This document shows positions 24,043-37,200 of a stretch of 64,000 bases of DNA, one piece after another. A program made the position numbers and the translations under genes. How positions within the stretch are numbered: the first letter of the stretch is position 1; each line of letters begins with the position of its first letter. The notes under the pieces were generated by a model. The model did no database searches. It saw only the letters and a list, made by a program, of their open reading frames with translations, and was not told the origin of the DNA. Origin of the DNA: Psammoneis japonica (Eukaryota); assembly GCA_008632985.1 (NCBI GenBank), contig QPGO01000035.1, positions 545,899 through 609,898 of the forward strand, given 5' to 3'.

Positions 24043-25215
24043 ATGACTTCCAAAGAAAACAACAACACAGATAGCAACAAGAAAGCGAAACTCAACTCCA
24101 TCCTGCTTCACGTGGGGACTGGTTTTGAAGATGAAGATGAAGAATCTCCTGTAGATGCAGTCCTTCGTCTGACACTTGATACGGACAACGGTTCGTTGAG
24201 CGAGGCTGGCCCAAACATCAAGATTGGCTGCAAAAATCCCGGTTGGTTGAGTCGTTACGTCGCTCAAGGCGACGATACTTTGGTCTACATTGGCATGGAG
24301 GACGACCCAGGCATGGCACAAGCCTTTCAAATTGTAGACGGCGGTGACCTCAAGCCACACGGTGATCCGGTCGAAACGGGAGGACGTCATCCCTGTTATT
24401 CTCAGCTAGATAAGAGTGGCAAATGGCTCTTGTCGGCCCATTATTCATCCGGAGACGTTAGTGTAATTTCGGTTCAACAAGACGGCAGTTTGGGAAAGCT
24501 CACGGATATCAAGACACATCAGGGGGTTCTGAAAGATGAATTGAAGGATCGTCAGGAAGCGACACATGCGCATTCCATTATTCCACACCCCTCCAATAAA
24601 TTCGTTGTGGCTTGCGACCTGGGAGTATCAAAAGTCTTTGTCTATGAATTCGATGCTACCGAGGGAACTCTGAAAGAAGCTGGTGACTTGACGCTTCCAG
24701 CAGATGCGGGTTGTCGACACTGCTGCTGGGACTCCACAGGGGAGACCCTTTTTGTTGTCAATGAACTCACCTGTACAGTCACTGCTGCCTGTTTTGACGT
24801 CGAGACTGGAACGCTGAAGGAAGTCGCTTCGGTGTATCTCTTGCGAGAATCTGACAGTGCCGATCGGGCACATCACAGAGGTTGCAGTGATGTGGCAATT
24901 CACCCCAACGGAAGGTTCCTTTACGTTGGATGCCGATCACCATCGCCTGGGATCATTACCATTCTGAAAATCACGGGCAAGGGAGCCGAATGCCAGCTAT
25001 CTGTAGTTGGGCACGAATCGACTCGGGGAGAGGTTCCTCGAAATTTCAAACTTTTGCAAGACGGGCAATGGATGGTTGTGGGCAATCAAGAAACGAAAAA
25101 CGTTGTGTGCTACGCTGTGGATGAAGAAACTGGAGGGCTTGCGTTTAAGAGCGAAATCAGCACGGCCCCGTACAAAGCTTGCAACATTGGCAGTCCGGAA
25201 GCTCTGTATGCCTAA
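24043..25215 (+). CDS. pgl: 6-phosphogluconolactonase (cycloisomerase-2 / YbhE 7-bladed beta-propeller family)
   Basis: Motifs GGRHPCY, AHYSSGDVSV, RQEATHAHS, DLG, GCRH, NEL, HPNGRFLYVGCR, GEVPRNF and VGNQ. First in-frame ATG at 24043. Confidence 0.9.
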   Translation: MTSKENNNTDSNKKAKLNSILLHVGTGFEDEDEESPVDAVLRLTLDTDNGSLSEAGPNIKIGCKNPGWLSRYVAQGDDTLVYIGMEDDPGMAQAFQIVDGGDLKPHGDPVETGGRHPCYSQLDKSGKWLLSAHYSSGDVSVISVQQDGSLGKLTDIKTHQGVLKDELKDRQEATHAHSIIPHPSNKFVVACDLGVSKVFVYEFDATEGTLKEAGDLTLPADAGCRHCCWDSTGETLFVVNELTCTVTAACFDVETGTLKEVASVYLLRESDSADRAHHRGCSDVAIHPNGRFLYVGCRSPSPGIITILKITGKGAECQLSVVGHESTRGEVPRNFKLLQDGQWMVVGNQETKNVVCYAVDEETGGLAFKSEISTAPYKACNIGSPEALYA

Positions 25216-25613
25216 ACGCACCTTGCTACAGCATATCTGAAATGATTTAGCTCTCCTTTCTATTAGAGTAGGGACTGCGGTAGGTAGGGTTGGGAACTCG
25301 AGGTCGCTTGCTTAGGTTGCTTGAAACTATGTATGCAAGGCACACAGTTGGCCTACCTTGTACAACCTCTAAACGTAGCATTGGATAGCTCTTAGATTCT
25401 CATAAGAATAAGGTGTTTATGCTACGAGTAGAGGTGCTAACGGTATCGGTAGCTAGGCTACCATCTCGAAGTTGCTCAGAAAAACCTCCAGCCTCTACAA
25501 GAACCTACTAGCCTTGGCAAGCTCTTCCATTCTCATTATTCCGGTTTTGCCTGCTATAATTATACTGTAACCCATTTACGTTTGAAAAGCTCATTTAAAG
25601 GGAAATAACTAAC

Positions 25614-26954
25614 TTAAGAAACGCTCATTCCTCGAAGACGCGAGCATCGTCGATGTCCGCTTTCTTCTAAAATCCAATTTCCCATCATGCAGCAACAATC
25701 GTCTTCCACCTTGATGGATGCAACGCTTCGGTTCTTGTACAACATTGGTACACCCTTGGCGGGTGCGTCTTGTGTCGCGGGTCGGGGAGGAATGACAATT
25801 TGTCCAGATTCAGGAAAGGGATTCTCTTTCATTTGCTTGAGACCCGCCTCGTCGGCCAGCAAGGTCATGACAAAGCGTTTCGGCTTGAAAGTTCGAATAA
25901 CATTGTTAATGAGTGATGTATACGAGATGACGCGCTGGTTGGTCTCAAAGCTTGCGTACGAAGAGCCGCTTTCAGGAGTAATGTGGATGGTAGAGTAGGA
26001 ACGAAAGAGAATGGCATTCATGGAGTATCCGCATGGCTCAAAGGCTCGCGGGTCGATAATGGCTCCAGGACACAGGGCATCAATACCGGCTGCTTTTGTC
26101 TGTTCCCTGGAAATGCGAATTGTTTCTTCCTCCTTGGATTCATTTTCCCGTCGAGAGTATTCCTTGTAGGTAAATAGTTTGGCAACGTCCTCATCGATGT
26201 CAAACATCATAATGTTGATTACACGGTCCGTGTCGAGTTCCAAGGTCTGGCTTCGGATTGTATGATCCGCCACAAATACAAACCAATGATCGCCCGTTAC
26301 GGGTCCAAGTGTATATCCGTTGCCATCCAGCCGCTCACAAAGATTGCGGTGACTGTACAGATATTCTAGTTCTTGATGGAACGACTGGTGTGGAAAGGAC
26401 TGATCACCAGGGAAATTAAAATTCTTTCGGCTGTAGCCAACCCAATCAATCTCTAAACCCAGACGCAGTCCGAGATCAATCAAAACAGAAATGCATCGCA
26501 ACAAGGTGGTTGTGCCGCAGGTCTTGAGCACAATCATGTACGAGTAGACAAACAGAGAGGATTCTGACAGCACGTAAGCATCGAGATATTGGTTTGAAAC
26601 ACACGACAAAATGGTACAAGCTGCTCGTCTGCACACACTATCCAAGTCGTGTCGGCTGAGTCGACGCAAGCCAACACGTTCGCCCGGAACCGGTGTCGGC
26701 TCGACACTGCCTTGTGTGTTGATTTTGCGAAAGACCACCTCCAGAGTTTTTTCGGGACCTTCAAACACGCCCGTATAGGCTCGGTCGACTTGTCCAGAAC
26801 CGGCATCATCGATATGTTCTGGATGCGGACTCAGGCTTCGATGAGGACCTTCGTCTTCAGATAGTTGTAGCGGTTGAATCAAACTGCTTTCGCTAATTAC
26901 CGTTCCGACACGGCAGTCGCTATTATTGACGATGTGAACGGTTGGTTCAGGCAT
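25614..26954 (-). CDS. SAMDC: S-adenosylmethionine decarboxylase proenzyme (eukaryotic type)
   Basis: FEGPEKTLEV, YVLSESSLFV (autocleavage E-S site), KTCGTT, FEPCGYSMN and TIHITPE...SYASFET motifs. First in-frame ATG at 26954. Confidence 0.95.
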   Translation of the reverse strand: MPEPTVHIVNNSDCRVGTVISESSLIQPLQLSEDEGPHRSLSPHPEHIDDAGSGQVDRAYTGVFEGPEKTLEVVFRKINTQGSVEPTPVPGERVGLRRLSRHDLDSVCRRAACTILSCVSNQYLDAYVLSESSLFVYSYMIVLKTCGTTTLLRCISVLIDLGLRLGLEIDWVGYSRKNFNFPGDQSFPHQSFHQELEYLYSHRNLCERLDGNGYTLGPVTGDHWFVFVADHTIRSQTLELDTDRVINIMMFDIDEDVAKLFTYKEYSRRENESKEEETIRISREQTKAAGIDALCPGAIIDPRAFEPCGYSMNAILFRSYSTIHITPESGSSYASFETNQRVISYTSLINNVIRTFKPKRFVMTLLADEAGLKQMKENPFPESGQIVIPPRPATQDAPAKGVPMLYKNRSVASIKVEDDCCCMMGNWILEESGHRRCSRLRGMSVS

Positions 26955-26994
26955 GACGTGGGATTTGCTCGAGGTGACAATAAAATCTCCCCTG

Positions 26995-27159
26995 TTAGTT
27001 TTGTCGCAATTCGTGGGCGTTTTGCGTTGACAGAGACAATACACTGTGCGTGTAGGTAGTGCTGTCACCACAAGACTTCGTTTTGCACTTGCGCACAGCC
27101 ATCAACTTGGTCCCTCGTCGTTCTTCGTCCTTTCTCGTGATGATGGATTCGTGATTCAT
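26995..27159 (-). promoter_or_regulatory. Candidate upstream ORF (54 aa) in the SAMDC leader
   Basis: ATG at 27159 to TAA at 26995 (MNHESIITRKDEERRGTKLMAVRKCK...HELRQN*), ending 40 nt before the SAMDC ATG. The transcription start is unknown. Confidence 0.35.
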
Positions 27160-27779
27160 TCTTCGTGGCTCGTGCTGGTCGTGCTGGCTGTTACATTTTA
27201 GGGCTATGTGCTTCCTAGTAGATAAGTGGCGACGGACGGACGCGACGCGACCGACGTGCGTACGTACCTGTACGCGTACGTGCGTGCGTACATGCCGGCA
27301 CGTACGTTACGATCAAAAAGCTCCGTGCGGATCCGATGTGGCAATTCAAACTTAGACTTGCAAACCCATTGACACATGTGGGCCATCATTTTTGCCGGCA
27401 ACAGTCATGCCTTGTGCACCAGTTTCGCTGTGACAAACATTCTGCATTGTTGTGATTCAGAACGCTGACCTGCCACCAAGCACTCCACAAACAAAATCTC
27501 AGGATTGAAGCTTCTCAAGTTTTGGGGATCTCAAGTTTTGGGGATTGCTGGCAAGGTTTGAGAAACTGACCCAGCATGAGATTTTGAAACCCACATTGCA
27601 GCACAGCCCTCTGCAGTGCCATGTGGGCATTTTGCTCAAAATGCGCGAATTCCATGCGAGAACATTTCAAAAAACCTGCGCTGCCGTTGTTGTGCCAACT
27701 GAATCACTTTTTGTCAAAATGCCACCTTTTGCTCAAACACATCATGTTTGAGCAAATGGGGGGCTTGACATTTGAGATG

Positions 27780-30312
27780 TTGCTCAAACTTTGTGCAACT
27801 TTGAGCAGCAGCTGCTCAAACTTGCGCAAAGTTTGAGCCGTTGCTCAGCTGTGCAATTTGAGTCCTGCTGATGGTGCAAAACTTCCACACAACAATGGCC
27901 TGCTGTGCTGCACTTGTTGCAGCATGTGCCAGGATTGCTGCTTTCACTGCACACAGGAACTGTGCAGCAATGGCCTGCTGTGCAGCACTTGTTCCATGTG
28001 AAAGGATTGCTGCTTTCACTGCAAGCAGGTGTCAGCGCAAAACAGATGCAACAGAAATGAGAGGTGTTTGCAGCCATCAGCGACAAACAACACAATTGCA
28101 TCCATCACACCATGGCAACACAAACAATGATTTTTCAACAACAACACCTTCAAAAAAACCAACAATTTGATGCACAATGCATGATGCAAACTTGCACATG
28201 AAAATGAAAGTTCCGGGGAGGCCCAAGAAAGTGCAAAGTGTCTGTGAAAGGTGAATGTGTGTGTGATTCAACACACAAAAATGAGTGTTTTTGTTTAAGA
28301 AGAGCTCAGAAAACATTTGTCATGTGATGAAATGGCAGAACTGCTGTCTTTGCTTTTTCAAATGTTTTGGTTGATGATGCTTTTCAAAATGACTTTGAGG
28401 TTTGAAGTGACTTTGAAGGGACTTCAAAGAAACTTTGAAGAATCTTTTTGTGACTTCTGCGCTGCAATGTTTGATCTTCAGTGGAGCCATCTGTTCTTTG
28501 AAGACTCAAAAGAAATGTTTTGCAACTTCCACATTGAAGACAATTCAGTCTTTGATGACATCATCCATTCTTTGCACAAACTTTGAAGGCAAAGACTTTT
28601 GTGGTGTGATGCAACACAAATTCAAAAATGTCTGTCCCTGAAAGTCTTCATTTCAAATGGGCAAAAACAGAACTTTGCTGAGTTTTGAAAATGACCGTGT
28701 CATTGCAGGGTCATCACAGCAGCACAGCACAGCCACTGCACACACAAGTTTTGCTTGTGTGCTGCTGCACACCGGCACACTGCAGTCATTGTTGCAATGG
28801 GCAAAGGACTTGTCAAAGGGTCCAATCACTGCAAGAATCTTGTCTGGGACGAGCTTTTTGGCAAGAATGCTTTTTCATTTGATCCCATGCCACCAATCAA
28901 ACAAAATGACATCTTAGATTGCAACAAGAAGGAGCTGGAGTCATGGGCACCAGGGACACACAATTGTTGCCCCTTTGCACAAAGCATGTGCCAGCTTGTG
29001 GCTGATGTAAAAACAGCCCAAGGCGCCCAAGCAGGCAAGACCAGTCAGACATTGACACTTCTTTTGCTGATCCTCTCCTTGCACCCAAACCAACAATTTT
29101 GTTTGTTTGCCACTGTTTTTGCAGATGTTGAAATGGAGTGTGCTGCAATGGATTCATTGAAGAAATGAATGAGCCAAAGCCATCAAAGCCTGATGGTCAA
29201 GAGGCCATCATGGCCTCTGAAAAGATGATCATGAATTTGCACTGGCCCCTCCATTGGCATGACATGCACGGGGATGAGTGCATTTTATGGGGCAGTCAAG
29301 ATGCCTTCAGGGACCCCCAAGGATGACACAGAGTCCTGTGCAGAGAACCAGGGAATGCTTGTCTGTAAGATGCAAGAGTTGCCAGAGATTGAGAACACAA
29401 GGGTCCTTGTGGAAGGTGATTGATGCAACAGAAATGTGCAGTTCTGGCCTGAGAACTGTGAGATTGCTGGGGAGCACCAATCCCAAGTCAACAAGGACAA
29501 GGCATTGTCAACTGACAATCAACATGGGTGTCAGCAGATTCAGTTGGGAAAGCTGGTGGAAGCATGATTTTGCAACACTGGTGTCTCAAGGCCTGTGCAA
29601 GTTGTCCAAGTTGCACTGAATTGGGGCAAATTTGTGATGGTCCTCTTTGCACACATGAGGTGTGTCAGGACCAACTTCAAAAGAGAGGCAATGCACAAGT
29701 CCATTGTCCCTCTGCTTCAGGCAGGCCCAACCTCTCCACCTCCAGCAAGGCCTGGCAAAAACCCTGGTGTGAAAATGACACCCCAGCAACTGGGTGCATC
29801 AATGTTTCAGGCAATGGCAAGTTAAAACTTCAAAGCATCTTCAATGTTTGTTGGCCAAATCAATGAAAATTCTACAAAGTGTCTTCTTCAAAGCTTCTGC
29901 GATGAAATGAAGCTGTTGCGAGCCCCCCCCCCCCCCCCCCAAATGCAAATCATGTTGTGTCACAGGGAGAGTGTGGAATCTTTTGTCTGCACCTTTGCAG
30001 CTTCCCAGGATTCCCGGCACAGTGGGCTTGTTGGGGGGGCTGCGGGGACCAACAACTGACAAAAAAGCACCTTTCAAATGCCTTGGCATTGACATGTGCT
30101 GCAATGTCAACATTCATTGTTCCATGCCAGCATTGTCTTCATGTCATCACGGCGTGGCATGTTGTTGTGCCAAAAAAAAAAAAAAAAACATGCGGATTTT
30201 TTGTGCAGTGCATGCTTGAGCAACAAACTTGCACAAATTTGAGTGATCTTGAAGTTTGAGCATTTGCTCAAACTTGCAGCAAGTTTGAGCAAATGATGGA
30301 TGCTCAAACTTT
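27780..30312. mobile_element. Putative degenerate DNA transposon bounded by clusters of GCTCAAACTT/AAGTTTGAGC subterminal repeats
   Basis: The same short motif occurs in both orientations, clustered at ~27780-27850 and ~30215-30312. The interior is TpA-free. Termini and TSD not resolved. Confidence 0.4.
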
Positions 30313-30479
30313 TGGTCGGAAAAGCCAAGACTGGAGCTCTCAGTCATGACAGTCAAATGTTGCTCAGTGTGGTGTTTGCGCATCGTCCGTTGTGGTTGTG
30401 CAAACAAGCGTGTTTGAGCAGTGTGCCAAAAAACAACAAGGAGAGAGCAACAAGATCAAGAGAAATGCAACAGAAAATG

Positions 30480-31900
30480 CGTTGATCATGTCCATGCAGA
30501 AGCCTTCCTGTTGTTGATGGGAAATGGATGAGGATGGAGAAGGTGTTTTGTGCAAAGGAGACATGGATTGGCCTGCAGTAGATTCCGCAAAGCTGTTCAT
30601 GAATCCTTTGCACCTGTCTTTGTTTTCAGAATTTCAGTCCTCAATGGCTGATGGCATCCAGGCCATGTTTGTCAAGGGTGCACCAGGCATTGGAAAGTCC
30701 TGTTTTCTCAATTGCGCACTTCATTGATTCCTCAGAGAAGAAAAAACAGTGTTGTGTGCTGACTGTGCTTTCAACGTCATCTGCAAGTTCCATCTGCCAT
30801 TGAGAGTTGGAGGCTGTGAAAGGACCAGTGGGGTCTTCCATTCTTTGACAAGATTGGGCATGGCCAATGCAGACAATGTTGATGTGGTGTTGTTTGATCC
30901 TCATGAAGACTCCGGCAACATGCAAGATTGCACACGGAAGCACTTCTCTGGAAAGCCCATCATGGTTGCTGTGCTTCCAGATCCAGAAAATTGCAAAAAA
31001 CTTGTGAAAGCAATGGCACAAAGTCAGGCACTTCTCCACATGGTCATGCTTTTGCTTGAAGAAGCAGAGCTTGTGTGGAGTGCATGCTGCACAAATTCAG
31101 TCACGCAAAAACTTTTGACAAAATGATGCAAAATCATGAAAGGTGTTGCACGGCACCTCTTTGCCAAACTGCTGCCAAATGGTGTGGACTCATCACTGAA
31201 TCAAGTGAAGCAAAAGCAGGAAAAGGCCTTGAGACAAGTGATCAAGCAACCACAAGCAATTGACAGTGGCAAAGTGGGTGCTGCTTTCAAGCCCCTGTGG
31301 TCACTTTACTTCCTCAAACCTCTCTGCAACAATGATGGGACTGTCACCATTGTTGCCGCTTGATTGAGCTTTGCAGTGAAGATGCGCGGGCAAGGCTTCA
31401 TGACCACTTGCTCAAGAAGGATGTCAGATTCTTGTGGACCCTGCATTAAAAAACACACTTGATCAGAATGGCAGTTTAAAGGGAATTTGTTTTGAGGTGC
31501 ATGCCCACAAGAAAATTCTTGCGGAAGGGGTCAGTGCTAGAATTGCGGTGAACCTGACTACAACTGGCATTGGAAAAACTGCAAGGCAGTTGATTTTTCC
31601 AGTGTCATTGCCACAGATTGTCTTGCCAGACAACAACCTGGGTCAGCCTTGTCTGATGAATGCAATTCAACAAGCAAGACAGCACACAAATGGCAGTCAC
31701 CTTCTGCCACACCTGTCCAATTTCCTGGTTCTTAATTCAGCCTTTGGTTCTCAAAATGACACCGTGCCACTTCAGATGAAGGCAGGATGAAGTGAACCAC
31801 TTTTGCCAAATGCAGAAACTCTGTTTGCAGGCTTGGAGTGTTGCAAGCTCTTCTTCATTGTTCCTGGCAATCTGATCATGTCAAGGAAATTGGCAGGTGG
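30480..31900 (+). pseudogene. Crinkler/RHS-like P-loop NTPase + restriction-endonuclease-fold pseudogene
   Basis: MFVKGAPGIGKSCFLNCALH (P-loop), VVLFDP (Walker B-like), GICFEVHAH and HLLPHLSNFLVLNSAF...LQMKAG, which resemble CRN C-terminal motifs with Tyr replaced by Cys/His. Multiple TGA stops and frameshifts. Confidence 0.6.
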
Positions 31901-34568
31901 GCCAAACAGGCTGAAGCATTGCCAATTTGTTTTGAAGGAAGATTTTTGAGAATTTGTCATTGTGCAATTATGCACTCACTCACTGTCCAGAGTTTGGATG
32001 GACATGTTGGCTCAACAGTTGTCCCCTGTGTCAAGACTTGAGCCCAGCAGTGCACTCAGTGCAACAAAAAAAAACAGTCCCAGCTGGAGGAGATGCTCCT
32101 GCTCTAGAGAGCAGTGGCAGGTGCATGATGTTGTTTTCATCAACCTTTTCAGCTGTGGATGCAGCCAACTTCAGGTCAATTTAGTTGGTGGCCTTGGCTT
32201 CATTTGCAGCCAAACATTGGGTTTGGGTTTAATTCAACCCAGATCTGGCTCCATGCTGTGTGCCATCTCCGATCAAATTTCACCATCATGGGGACAACAG
32301 ATGCCAATGCAAGGCACAGCTGCACAAGCACAAGCTTTCAAGAAGACTTCAAGTCAATTGCTCAAGGCTTCTGGTTGCAGATGGCACACTCTCTGTCTTG
32401 TTCTTGCTGCATTGCCACTGACCACTGTTCAGCATGCAAAATGCTGTTGAATTCTGGCAATGCATGAGGTGACAACAAAGGCAAAGAGAATGTTGATCAA
32501 CAGCAGCAATTGACTTCTTGAAGTGCAACCTGTCTTTGAGAATGGGCTCTTTTGTCACCTGCTGTTTGTGCTCACTTGAGGGTCCACTTGAGCAAGCCAC
32601 AATCCAAGACAAATCATGGGTGAGGTGCTGACTGACATGACTGACAAATGCATTTGTGCAATTCACTCTTGTTGTTGCTGAGTTGCTTCTCTTTCAGCTC
32701 TCATTTCTCCCAGTGCAGACCACTGCTCTCAAAACAACACTGGGTCAAGTGGGAACCCTCTAAAAAGGAGGAATTGGTGCAGTCTTGGTGAAGGTGAAAA
32801 TGTGTCATTGGACTCACTTGTGTGAGAAAATGCAAGCTTCAAATGCACTTTCTCTAACTGCAATTGCTTGGGTTTTATTCTTCAACTTGTCATTGCTGCT
32901 CCCTTTGCAGTTCCCAAGGACCAACCATGAGGCTTGACCAATTTTGAGATGCCGTCAATTGTGAAGCAGTTTGCAGGGGAAATGACCTCATCAAACCTTG
33001 ACATTCAAAGTTGTGAAATTTCACATGAGAACAGTGATGCACATGTTTCTGAAAAAACAAGTCACAACACACATCAGCCCACTCATGCCTGCATCACAAT
33101 TCTTCATGGTTGCAACCTGACCAGAATTGACAACAAAGCATGCACCGTTGGACAATTGGTGCTTGTCAAACAAGAACAGAAGACAAAACATGGCACTGAC
33201 AATCATGCAGACCCAGCCAGAGTTGTCTGCATGTGACAATGGCACCTTGTGTGTCCAGAATGGAGTGCTGATTGACATGCAGAATCTGTGGCAGATTGTG
33301 CCCCCTGTCAACAGCAGTGCATTCTGATGCTTGACCATGTCCTGGGCCACAGGGGAGTGTGCAGCATGCATCCACTGGCCAACACAGTGAGGCTGTGCAC
33401 ACTGGTCTCTGCTGTGCAGCAGTGCAGTGCTCTTTTCATGCACACCCAGGAAGCACAACCCAAAGAGGACATGTCTCTTTGACTTGGGCAAATGCCATCC
33501 CACAAAGTTTGTGATTGCAAGCATGTGTTGGTTGTTCCACATTTGGGACACTGCACACAAGGCTCCCTGTCACTGCTTTCTTGCATGCTTTTGCAGATTG
33601 CTGGATTGCATGTGATGCCAAATGGGCATCTTTGCACAGAACATTGTTGCCCCCTTGCTTGTCACTTCGTCTGCATTGCAAAGTTCCCAGAATGTGTCAG
33701 TCCTGGAACTTTTAACTTGATTTGCAGCCACGCCACTTGATTCATCACCTGTGGTTGTAGAATTTTGGTTTGATGGTCTGAGTGCAGGGGAGGACATGGG
33801 TGGGTTGCACTTTGCATGGGTGAGGTGGCAATGAATTTAAATGTGGTGCCAAAATCTAAAAGTGGATTTGGCTGGACAAGCTGCTGTCATTGTGCAATCA
33901 GTCTCAGCAGACCTGCTCATTCTAGATTGGTCATGATGATGAGCTGTTGTGCTTCACTTCACCAGTGTTTGAGCCTGTTGGAATTCAGAGGGCATTGATT
34001 TGCTTGAAGGATGCTGTTCCATGCATGAAGCACAAGGGGGTGCCTGCATGTTGTGGACACTTGAAATCACTGCAATGATCAAAATTCAATGCTGCTCTCC
34101 TGCTGAAATTTGTCCAACAGTGTCCCTGCACAGAGGATGCCTGCGTGAACAATGTACACATGCAAGCCATGTTGCACTCTTAGTCTGGGTGGAGCGTCTG
34201 GAGAAAGCAAATTGAACAGCGCTGCCAGAATTTACCAAACAAGTCGTCTGCTGTGAGAGGAAGCAAAGCCCATGAGGACTTCTCTCTGATTTGAAAATGG
34301 GTTGACATGGGACAATGACACTTGCTCTCAGAGATGTCCATTTGACAGATAAATTACCTTGCCTGCCTTTTTAAGAGTCTGATCTGTACGGATGAATTCA
34401 CTTTTCAATTGAACGTACAGCACTGACTTTTTCAAGATGCAATTATTTTATATCAATGTTTCTTGTTACTTCGCGGTGCTGCTACTGCAATCTTTCACTA
34501 CAAGTCCCAAAATCTACAAGTAGGGATTTTAAAGCTTCGAACAAATCCCATTCGATCAAAGAAGCATG

Positions 34569-36315
34569 CTAGTTGGTGCGAATCCTTTTCCCAGGAGGTG
34601 TGACTCGATCCGAATCTTCGTCCTTCTTCGACTTACGACCCAAAACTCGTCGAGCCTGGTTCTTTGTCTCGCGCAATCGCTTTCGACTCGCTTGAAGCTC
34701 CTTGTGAGCCTGGGTCTGAAGGTTATCCAAAATCGTGCACAATCTTAAATGTGAATCGCGTTCCTTCTTGGAGCCCTTGCAAAGACTGATGGCAAGACCT
34801 CGTGGTCCGCAGTTGCCAACCATGACCCCCCCTTGATTAAAGAACTTCTTCAGACTGTCGGTGAGCTCTTGCTTGTCGTTCGTATTCTCAACCAACTGAT
34901 GAATCCCTTCGACGGCAGAGTCGGAGAGAGATATCGCAGTTCCGTCGTTAGCAAAGTTCTTGTCAACGAAGACTTCCATATCAAGAAGATCACCACCAGC
35001 TTTGGTACGCGCGGAGGCTGCCGAGCTGGAAGAGCTGTTGCTTGTGGGCGAAGACGAACGGTTCGGGCTGCCGAGCTGCCTCTTATCAGGCGAGATTGCC
35101 TCATCAGGACTGACGTCGTCCTTTAATTCAAGGCAAAGAGCAGATCGAGCCTTCCTCTGGTTTTCGCACTCTCGCTTTTGACTTGCTAGGAGTTCCTCGC
35201 GAGCAACATCTTGAAGCTCGCTGAGCACTTTGACGATGCCAGCACGGACCTCGGTTTCCCTTTGTTCTACAAGCTCTTCGCAACGCTCTTCACTTTTCCA
35301 AGCCTCCTCCTTGCGACGCTCTTCACTTGCTTGAGCTTCCTCCTTGCGACGCTCTTCGCTTTCTTGAGCTTCCTCCTTGCGACGCTCTTCACTTTCTCGA
35401 GCTTCCTCCTCGAAGTGATCGACATCCATCAACCTACGGCGATGCTTCTCATGGGAAGAGAGCTGCAACAGAAATGACGTCTGCAACTCTCGAGGAAGGC
35501 GATTGACAAGCTTTTGGTAATGTTCAATGCACCGACAAGAGACTTCGGCATCGTTTACATCGGTCTCCTGGAGCTTGACAAAGGTTTGACAGATCTCTGC
35601 TATGAGTTTTACCGGTACCACATCTGCTGTACCGGCAAAATCACAAGGAAAATGAGTCGTCTGATATACGGAATAATTAGCGGCAACAACCAGCAAGTCG
35701 GTTGGAACTCACCCGTTCGAGCAATAGATACGTCACTGTCCGATGCCATGATGGCTTTCCTTCGTAATCGTGCTTTCGCTTTCTATTGAAACAAAGTGGA
35801 GAGGAAACAACGACGTGTATGAGAAGAAATGACAAGACACGGGAAGCCGCTTTTTCGGGCGGTCGAATCTGTGGGAAATGGTTGTCGCGTAGAATTAGTA
35901 CCCAAGTCTACGACCCCAGAACGTAACGGAAAAATGCAATCCATCAACGTTCTCCAAATGAAAACGGCTGTCGCGTAGAATTTGTACCCAAGCCTACGAT
36001 CAAGGCAGCAACGGAAGACTCCAAGACGAGCGATGCGAAAAGCGTTCCAAGCCAATGCGTCTCGGCCGCCGCAGCGTCACTACGGTACAAGAAGCACAAC
36101 TCAAGAACTACACGCAACCCCTCCATTGAACGCAAATCACGTAGCGAGTCGCTGACAATAGTTTTGATTGTATGCAAAGGCATGGCAAATGTCGGAAAGA
36201 GCCCTCAATAAAACGAATACATCAAACTCACCTTCTTTGCCGCGGCGCTCACATTGGATGCCTTGATCGTTCGAGCGCTCGTATGAGACATGACACTGGC
36301 GTCGTCGTTCATCAT
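34569..36315 (-). CDS. Hypothetical coiled-coil protein, 3 exons (36232-36315, 35713-35782, 34569-~35626); paralog of 10-1460
   Basis: GTGAGT donors, TAG and CAGCAG acceptors, and the same intron phases as the 10-1460 gene. 33-bp tandem repeats encode EEAQESEERRK (~35300-35410). Confidence 0.75.
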
Positions 36316-36341
36316 GATAAAAGGGATGGCAAGGGGGTGCG

Positions 36342-37200
36342 GGGGAGACTCTGCTTTCTTTACGCTGGGACGAAAAGTGAGTGAAAGCATTGGAGCATCC
36401 CAACTTGCCACGACCGTGGCCCCATCGAGGTTTGGGGACAGTTTTCGACTGGCATTCGTGGAAAGCGATTGTTTCTCGATCAAATCAAAAGTCAAAGCCT
36501 TACAGCAAAATGTCAAGCTTCAAAACATTTGTCTCTTGATTGAATTTTCGTTGCTCTGCTCATGATATAGACTAAACTTCAAAGAACTGGTATCACAAAA
36601 CTCACAATACCGCATTCACAACAGACAGCAGCATGCCTCCAAGCACCCGCCCACAGCAAATACAAAAGCTTTTCGTAGTGCCATCATGTTCAGTTCGGTT
36701 CGCGCTTGTCCGCTTTTTGATGGCCCGAGACATGTTGCACCAGCGTTGCTCCTGCTTTCTGAGCCGCTTTCTGAAATCCCGAAGTAGTTTTTCTGCAATT
36801 TCTCATCTCGATCCGCATCTAGAAGAATATCTCATCCTCCACCGCAGCGGTTCTGCTAATCACACTGGAGAGATCACTGAAGGAAAGTGTTGTGACAACT
36901 GACGAAACATTACAATGGGTCCTGCTGGATACCGAACAGGTTGCGAACGAGGCAATCACTTCTTCCTACTCCCTGAACACAGTGCATGATGATTCTCGCA
37001 ATCGCTCTTTTGTCTGTTGTCGCATCAGAGTCTGAATATTCCAATTCACTACTGTAACAATCCACTCTTTTTTATCGTCGTCACTCGTAAAGGAGGACAT
37101 CTTCACAATGTTGAGAGAACTACCCTCGCCACCAGCAACAACAACATCATCATCGGCGTTGTCATCGTTCATCGCTCATCGTGTACCGGTATTTCGTTTC
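36342..37200. repeat. Segmental duplication, copy 1 (pairs with 45707-46573; homology continues into the PP2C-like gene)
   Basis: Long near-identical colinear sequence, e.g. gtgagtgaaagcattggagcatcccaacttgccac ... gagatcactgaaggaaagtgttgtgacaa. Confidence 0.92.
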
